Positions 6,615 through 11,291 of a stretch of 11,291 nt of DNA are shown one piece after another. The stretch's first letter is position 1. Each line of letters opens with the position of its first letter. The notes under the pieces were generated by a model, which was given only the letters and a program-made list of their open reading frames with translations, did no database searches and was not told the origin of the DNA. The position numbers and the translations under genes are program-made. Source of the DNA: Gemmatimonadota bacterium (GTDB taxonomy: Bacteria; Gemmatimonadota; Gemmatimonadetes; Palauibacterales; Palauibacteraceae); assembly GCA_046758745.1 (NCBI GenBank), contig JBHIAV010000070.1, positions 1 to 11,291 of the forward strand, given 5' to 3'.

Positions 6615-8041
6615 ACGACATCGCCCCGCAGGCCGACGTCCAAAGCGACGGAGGCGCGCTCCTCGGAGCCATGTTCAACGCGGCGAAAGCTCTGCAGCTG
6701 TACCCGGCCGAGAACGAGATGGTGCGTCGGGCGCTCACGGAGGTCGACCGGCAGGCGAAGGCCATCTTCGAGAAGGAGGGGGGCCTGAGCCTGTGGGTGG
6801 CCGGCAACTACATGTTCGTCAACGATCTCCGCGTGCGACTCGACCTCGCCGATTACGCCACGTTCGCCGCGCTACGTGGGATGTTCCGCGCGCATGGGAT
6901 CGGTCGCCTCGATGCGGAGCCGAAGACGACCCCGACCGAGTGGAGCGCGCTGCTGGCCCTCATCGGTGAAGAAACCATCGAGGGGGAGCCTCCGCTCGAA
7001 TCTGCGACGCGCCGGCTCTCGGAAGCCGATGTGACCCACCTTCACGTCGGCGCACCGGCGCCTCTGTTCGACAGCGAGGAGAACGGGGAAGCCCTGGAGG
7101 CTGCTCGCCAGACCTACGCGCGCTCCGTCAAGGCCGTGAAGGACGTCATGGGGAACGTCGTGGCCGGCAAGCTGGTGGGCGGCCGCCGTGCCGAGCGGGC
7201 GGTGCTGGGCATCGTGGACCAGGTTCTTCAGGACCGGGCCTCCATGCTAGGGATGCTCACCCTCCGCGACTACGACGATCACTCCTTCATCCACTCGGTG
7301 AATTGCAGCATCCTCGCCGTGGCGCTCGGCAGCTACCTCGGCTTCAACAAGAAGCAGCTCTTCGAGCTTGGCTTCTCGGCGCTCTTCCACGACATCGGGA
7401 AGCTGCTCGTCCCTACCAGCGTCCTCAACAAGCAGGGATGGCTGAACGATGAGGAATGGCGTCAGGTGAGCCAACACCCCGACTTCGGCTTTCTCATGCT
7501 CTTCAATGCCGAGGGGTTCGCTTACCCTCCGTTCCGCGCCATGCTCGCCACCTACGAGCACCACATGAAACCGGACCTCTCCGGCTATCCGCGAGTCATC
7601 CGCCGGCGGCGGCAGGGCCTGTTCGCCCGCATCATCGCGGTGGTCGAGGCGTACGATGCCGCAGTGTCGTCCCACAGCAAGCAGTTCCTCCCATGCTCTC
7701 CGGACGAGGCGATTCGGCAGCTGCAGGACTCCGAGGGGGGTTCCTTCGACCGGGTGGTGGTGAAGGCGTTCGTGAACATGATGGGGATCTATCCGGTCGG
7801 CACGCTGGTCATCCTGGACACCGGAGAGATGGGGGTGGTGATCGCGGCCAATCCGAACCGGCGCGCCCTCAACCGGCCCATCGTCCGCCTCATAGCCGAC
7901 CGGGACGGCGAGCGCATCGCCGACGGCGCGGTGGTGGACCTCACCGAGCCCGACCCGGAGACCGGCCGCCCGCGGCGCTCGATCGCTCGCTCCACGGACC
8001 CCGAGCGGTACGACGTGAAGATAAGCGACCACGTGGCCTGA
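6611..8041 (+). CDS. HD-GYP-family metal-dependent phosphohydrolase (atypical motifs)
   Basis: FIHSVN, LFHDIGK, LNKQGWLNDEEW..VSQHP, EHHMKPDLSGYP, ARIIAVVEAYDA, FDRVVVKAF, and a C-terminal YPVGTLVILDTGEMGVV...RPIVRL domain. GAGGAG SD and GTGA overlap with the HEAT gene. Confidence 0.9.
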   Translation: MNDIAPQADVQSDGGALLGAMFNAAKALQLYPAENEMVRRALTEVDRQAKAIFEKEGGLSLWVAGNYMFVNDLRVRLDLADYATFAALRGMFRAHGIGRLDAEPKTTPTEWSALLALIGEETIEGEPPLESATRRLSEADVTHLHVGAPAPLFDSEENGEALEAARQTYARSVKAVKDVMGNVVAGKLVGGRRAERAVLGIVDQVLQDRASMLGMLTLRDYDDHSFIHSVNCSILAVALGSYLGFNKKQLFELGFSALFHDIGKLLVPTSVLNKQGWLNDEEWRQVSQHPDFGFLMLFNAEGFAYPPFRAMLATYEHHMKPDLSGYPRVIRRRRQGLFARIIAVVEAYDAAVSSHSKQFLPCSPDEAIRQLQDSEGGSFDRVVVKAFVNMMGIYPVGTLVILDTGEMGVVIAANPNRRALNRPIVRLIADRDGERIADGAVVDLTEPDPETGRPRRSIARSTDPERYDVKISDHVA

Positions 8042-8095
8042 CTTCTCGCGTTTCCTTCCCTGTCCCTTCCCGTTGAGCAAGGCGCGAGGCCGCTG

Positions 8096-8953
8096 ATGGA
8101 GCCGCCTGTGCGGTGCGACCCTTTCGTCTTCGAGGTGCGGGATGAGGACCCGATCCGGGGTGACGTGTGGCGGACGGAGGAGCCCGTGCGGGGCGCGGCC
8201 ATCGTGGTGTGCCACGGGTTTAAGGGATTCAAGGACTGGGGATTCTTCCCTTACCTCTGCCGAGCTCTGGCCCATCGGACCGGGTGTCCGGTCGTGAGCT
8301 TCAACTTCACCGGCTCGGGGATAGGGCAGGACCTCCAGAACTTCACCGAGCTCGAGCGGTTCGCCCGCAACACCTTCAGCCGGGAGCTGGAGGACCTGGA
8401 GGCGGTCCTCGACCGTCTCTCGACCGGCGGGCTCGGCCACGTGCGGCTTCCCCCGGCCGAGCGTTACGGGCTTCTGGGACACAGTCGCGGCGGCGCCACC
8501 GCGCTGCTCAAGGCCGCCCTGCGCTCCCAGGTGCGAGCCCTCGTCACCTGGGCCGCCATCGCGTCGGTCGGGCGCTACGAAACCGTCTACGGACCCGAGC
8601 TCAGATCGACGGGGGTCGTGTACATCCCGAACGTCCGCACGGGCCAGCAGATGCCGCTTCGCCGGAACGTGCTCGACGACATCCGGGCGCATCCGGACCG
8701 CCTGGATCTCCCGGCCGCCGCGTCCCGGCTTCGAGTCCCGTATCTGATCGTGCACGGGGAAGCGGACGAGGCAGTTCCGGTCGCCGATGCGCGTGCGCTC
8801 GCCGCAGCCGCGGAAGACGCCCGACTCGAGCTGATCGCCGGCGCCGGGCACACGCTGAACGTCGGGCACCCGTTCTCCGGCCCGAGCGATGCCCTCGAGC
8901 GGGCGATCGCGCTCTCGGCCGATCACTTTCGCGCTCACCTGGCTGAGGCGTGA
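8096..8953 (+). CDS. Alpha/beta-fold serine hydrolase
   Basis: Oxyanion region CHGFKGFKDWGFF, nucleophile elbow GHSRGG, acid in HGEADEAV, catalytic His in GAGHT. GAGG SD upstream. Confidence 0.9.
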   Translation: MEPPVRCDPFVFEVRDEDPIRGDVWRTEEPVRGAAIVVCHGFKGFKDWGFFPYLCRALAHRTGCPVVSFNFTGSGIGQDLQNFTELERFARNTFSRELEDLEAVLDRLSTGGLGHVRLPPAERYGLLGHSRGGATALLKAALRSQVRALVTWAAIASVGRYETVYGPELRSTGVVYIPNVRTGQQMPLRRNVLDDIRAHPDRLDLPAAASRLRVPYLIVHGEADEAVPVADARALAAAAEDARLELIAGAGHTLNVGHPFSGPSDALERAIALSADHFRAHLAEA

Positions 8954-9444
8954 GGACGGGGCTTCCTCGCCGGGCCGTCGGCGCCCTCATCCTCCTCGCG
9001 GCTGGATGCTGGCTCGAGCGGAGACCGGCCGCCTCCCCCGATGCCGCCCAGCTCGCTCTGTATACGGCGATCGAAGAGATGCTCGCCGAGGCGGCTGAGG
9101 CGTGGAACCGCGGAGAGCTGGAGGGTTTCATGGACGGCTACCTGCAGTCCCCGCTTACCACCTACATTGGGAGTTCCGGGCTGGTGGTCGGCTTCGACTC
9201 GATCCGCGCCCGCTTCACGGGGTTCTTCGAGCCGGGTGCAGAGCGGGGGCACCTCGCCTTCGAGGCCCTTCGCGTGAGGAGGCTGGGTGCCGAGCATGCC
9301 CTCGCGACCGCGCGCTACATCCTGCGGCGCGATGAGGGCGTCACTTCCTCCGGCCCGTTCACGCTTGTGCTCCGACGGGTCGAGGGCAAGTGGAAGATCA
9401 TCCACGATCAGACGTCGTCCGACCCGACGCCCGAAGAGCCCTAG
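8950..9444 (+). CDS. NTF2/SnoaL-like (DUF4440/YybH-type) putative lipoprotein
   Basis: Signal peptide with lipobox-like LAAGC. NTF2-like pattern AWNRGELEGFMDGY...GFDSIRARF...GPFTLVLRRVEGKWKIIHDQTS. GTGA overlap with the upstream gene. Confidence 0.85.
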   Translation: MRTGLPRRAVGALILLAAGCWLERRPAASPDAAQLALYTAIEEMLAEAAEAWNRGELEGFMDGYLQSPLTTYIGSSGLVVGFDSIRARFTGFFEPGAERGHLAFEALRVRRLGAEHALATARYILRRDEGVTSSGPFTLVLRRVEGKWKIIHDQTSSDPTPEEP

Positions 9445-9504
9445 CGGCTCGCCCGCGGATGTCGTGCCCTCGGCGCGGCGAGCTTCATCGGGACGGGAGT
9501 CGGG

Positions 9505-11193
9505 GTGAAAGAAGAATCCGCGAGGGCGGGCCGGACGCCAGAGATCACGGTGCGGGATCCGCGCACCGGCCAGCCGATCGGCCGCGTGCCGGTCGCCGGT
9601 AAGGACGAGGTCCAGCGGGCGGCGGCCAGGGCGAGGGCGGCCGGTGAGCGGTGGGCCCGCCTCGACGTGCGAGAGCGGGCCGCCGCGCTGGGTCGGCTCC
9701 GTCGGCTCCTGCTCGAGCGGCTGGACGAAGTCATCGAGGTGGTCGGGCGCGAGACCGGCAAGTCGCAGGCCGACCTGGTCCTCACCGAGATCCTCACCGC
9801 CTGCGATGTCCTCGCGTTCAATGAAAAGGCCGCCCCCCGCGTCCTTGCCGCGCGAAGGGTGGGGAGGCGGTTCGGTCGTCGCTCCGCATCGGTGACGTGC
9901 GAACCGTTCGGCCTCGCCGGGGTGATCACGCCGTGGAACTTTCCCTTCCTCATCCCGGTCAGCGCGCTCGCGCCCGCTCTCGCTGCGGGCAATGCGGTGC
10001 TGCTCAAGCCGTCAGAGATCACCCCGTTCTCGTCCCTTCTCCTGGGCGAGCTGGCCTCCGCCTCGTTGCCAGACCCCGACGTCGTACAGGTCCTCACGGG
10101 CGACGGCTCGACGGGGCAGGCCGTGATCGATGCGCCGGTGGACATCCTGTCCTTCACCGGGGGAACGGAGACGGGACGCGCGGTGATGGCGGCGGCGGCC
10201 CGTCACCTGACCCCGGTCCTGCTGGAGCTCGGAGGGAAGGACGCCATGATCGTGCTGGACGACGCCGACCTCGAGCGGGCCGCTCGGGCCGCCGTATGGG
10301 GTGCCTTCTTCCACTGTGGGCAGGTCTGTCAGTCCGTCGAGCGGCTGTACGTGCAGCGGCTCGTGTACGAGCGCTTCCTCTCCCTACTGGTGGAGGAGAC
10401 GGGTCGGCTCCGCGTCGGCGGAGCGCATCGGAGCCCCGACATCGGCCCCTTCACGCGGCCTGCTCAGCTCGACCACGTGGCCGAGCAGGTGGCGGACGCG
10501 GCGGCGCACGGAGCGCGCGTGGTCCTCGGAGGGCGGCCCCTCCCGGGTCCCGGATGCCACTACGCGCCCACCATCCTTGCCGAAGTCCACCCCGGTATGC
10601 GGGTGATGCGCGAGGAGACGTTCGGCCCCGTTCTTCCCGTCGTCCCGTTCGACACGGACGAGGAGGCGGCCCGGCTCGCAAACGACTCACCGTACGGACT
10701 CGACGCGTACGTGTGGACGGGCGACGAGGGGCGGGGCGTCCGCCTCGCCCGCGAACTCCACGTGGGAACCGTGATGCTCAACGACTGCCTGGCGAATTAC
10801 GCGATGGTCGAGCTCCCGTTCGGAGGCGTACGCGGAAGCGGATTCGGGCGCACGCACGGGGAGGAGGGTCTGCGAGCCTTCGCCCGGGTGCGGAGCGAGG
10901 CGACCGCGCGGAGCCGGCCGAGCCACGAGCCGCACTGGTTCCCCGGACCGGAGGCGGCCCGCTGGGGGCGCCACCTCATCCGCGTGCGGCACGGGCGGAA
11001 CTGGGGAGAGAGGCTGCGAGCACTCCTGGCGCTCGCGCGCGAGCGGCGGGTGGGCCGGCGCACCCGCTCTCGGCCCCAAAGGGGAGCGGGAGACGCGCGC
11101 GGCGGGGGAGAGCATCGCCGGAAGCGCGCGCGCGACGTGGACCGGGACCGGGATGACCCGGCGGGCCGCTCGCGGAGCAGCGGAGGCGCTTGA
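9505..11193 (+). CDS. NAD(P)-dependent aldehyde dehydrogenase
   Basis: ITPWNFP, LKPSEITP, FTGGTETG, catalytic Glu in LELGGKD, catalytic Cys in CGQVC, EETFGP, ANDSPYGL, PFGGVRGSGFGRTHG. GGGAG SD before the GTG. Ends in a low-complexity charged tail. Confidence 0.93.
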   Translation: MKEESARAGRTPEITVRDPRTGQPIGRVPVAGKDEVQRAAARARAAGERWARLDVRERAAALGRLRRLLLERLDEVIEVVGRETGKSQADLVLTEILTACDVLAFNEKAAPRVLAARRVGRRFGRRSASVTCEPFGLAGVITPWNFPFLIPVSALAPALAAGNAVLLKPSEITPFSSLLLGELASASLPDPDVVQVLTGDGSTGQAVIDAPVDILSFTGGTETGRAVMAAAARHLTPVLLELGGKDAMIVLDDADLERAARAAVWGAFFHCGQVCQSVERLYVQRLVYERFLSLLVEETGRLRVGGAHRSPDIGPFTRPAQLDHVAEQVADAAAHGARVVLGGRPLPGPGCHYAPTILAEVHPGMRVMREETFGPVLPVVPFDTDEEAARLANDSPYGLDAYVWTGDEGRGVRLARELHVGTVMLNDCLANYAMVELPFGGVRGSGFGRTHGEEGLRAFARVRSEATARSRPSHEPHWFPGPEAARWGRHLIRVRHGRNWGERLRALLALARERRVGRRTRSRPQRGAGDARGGGEHRRKRARDVDRDRDDPAGRSRSSGGA

Positions 11194-11291
11194 TGCCGGC
11201 GCACCCGCTGGGCCGGGCCGCCATCGAGCAGCGCCTTCTGGCCTGCGTGCACTGCGGTCTGTGCCTGCCGGTTTGCCCCACCTACCGCGCC
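11193..11291 (+). CDS. glcF: Fe-S subunit GlcF-like, 5' partial (runs off the window)
   Basis: Not in the ORF track. GGAGG SD (11182-11186), TGATG overlap with the ALDH stop. Translation MPAHPLGRAAIEQRLLACVHCGLCLPVCPTYRA contains the CxxCxxCxxxCP 4Fe-4S motif in the CVHCGxCLxxCPTY form typical of GlcF. Confidence 0.8.
   Translation, partial: MPAHPLGRAAIEQRLLACVHCGLCLPVCPTYRA

Noticed and set aside
8042-8072. Pyrimidine-rich tract after the HD-GYP stop
   Set aside because: No hairpin or convincing promoter boxes; too short to call a Rho site or other element.
5048-8938. Long minus-strand ORFs (5048-6643, 5340-6455, 7247-8938; likewise 1630-2511, 2730-4172, 3802-4677, 9441-10157)
   Set aside because: Antisense shadows of well-supported plus-strand genes in high-GC DNA, with low-complexity Ser/Arg/Ala or motif-free sequence.
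9447-9483. Inverted repeat GCTCGCC...GGCGAGC between the NTF2-like gene and the ALDH as a terminator
   Set aside because: Large irregular loop and only TT after the stem; not distinguishable from chance pairing at this GC content.
9897-11156. 419-aa alternative plus-frame ORF inside the ALDH
   Set aside because: Arg/Gly-rich off-frame product expected from GC-biased codon usage; no motifs.

Overview
GC-rich bacterial chromosomal window with two divergent units. Left (minus strand, 3-1062): an array of 8 tRNA genes, in transcription order fMet-Asn-Phe-Trp-Thr-Arg-Glu-Ala, all different isotypes and none encoding 3'-CCA. It is driven by a near-consensus sigma70 promoter (TTGACA-17-TAGCAT) and may continue past the left edge. 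Right (plus strand, 1235 to end): a compact, largely translationally coupled gene run. Order: glcD-like FAD oxidase (apparently leaderless), a 97-aa hypothetical, a divergent glcE-like subunit, PduO-type cobalamin adenosyltransferase, a HEAT-repeat protein, an atypical HD-GYP protein, an alpha/beta hydrolase, an NTF2/SnoaL-like lipoprotein, an aldehyde dehydrogenase, and the 5' end of a glcF-like Fe-S subunit that the ORF track missed. Most notable: (1) the coupled HEAT and HD-GYP proteins share an apparently homologous ~105-aa N-terminal domain, and the HD-GYP has non-canonical motifs, suggesting an uncharacterised two-protein cyclic-nucleotide signalling module; (2) the glcD-glcE-glcF set is split by ~7 kb of other genes. 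No mobile element or CRISPR array was seen. All calls come from motif recognition by eye; no database search was run.
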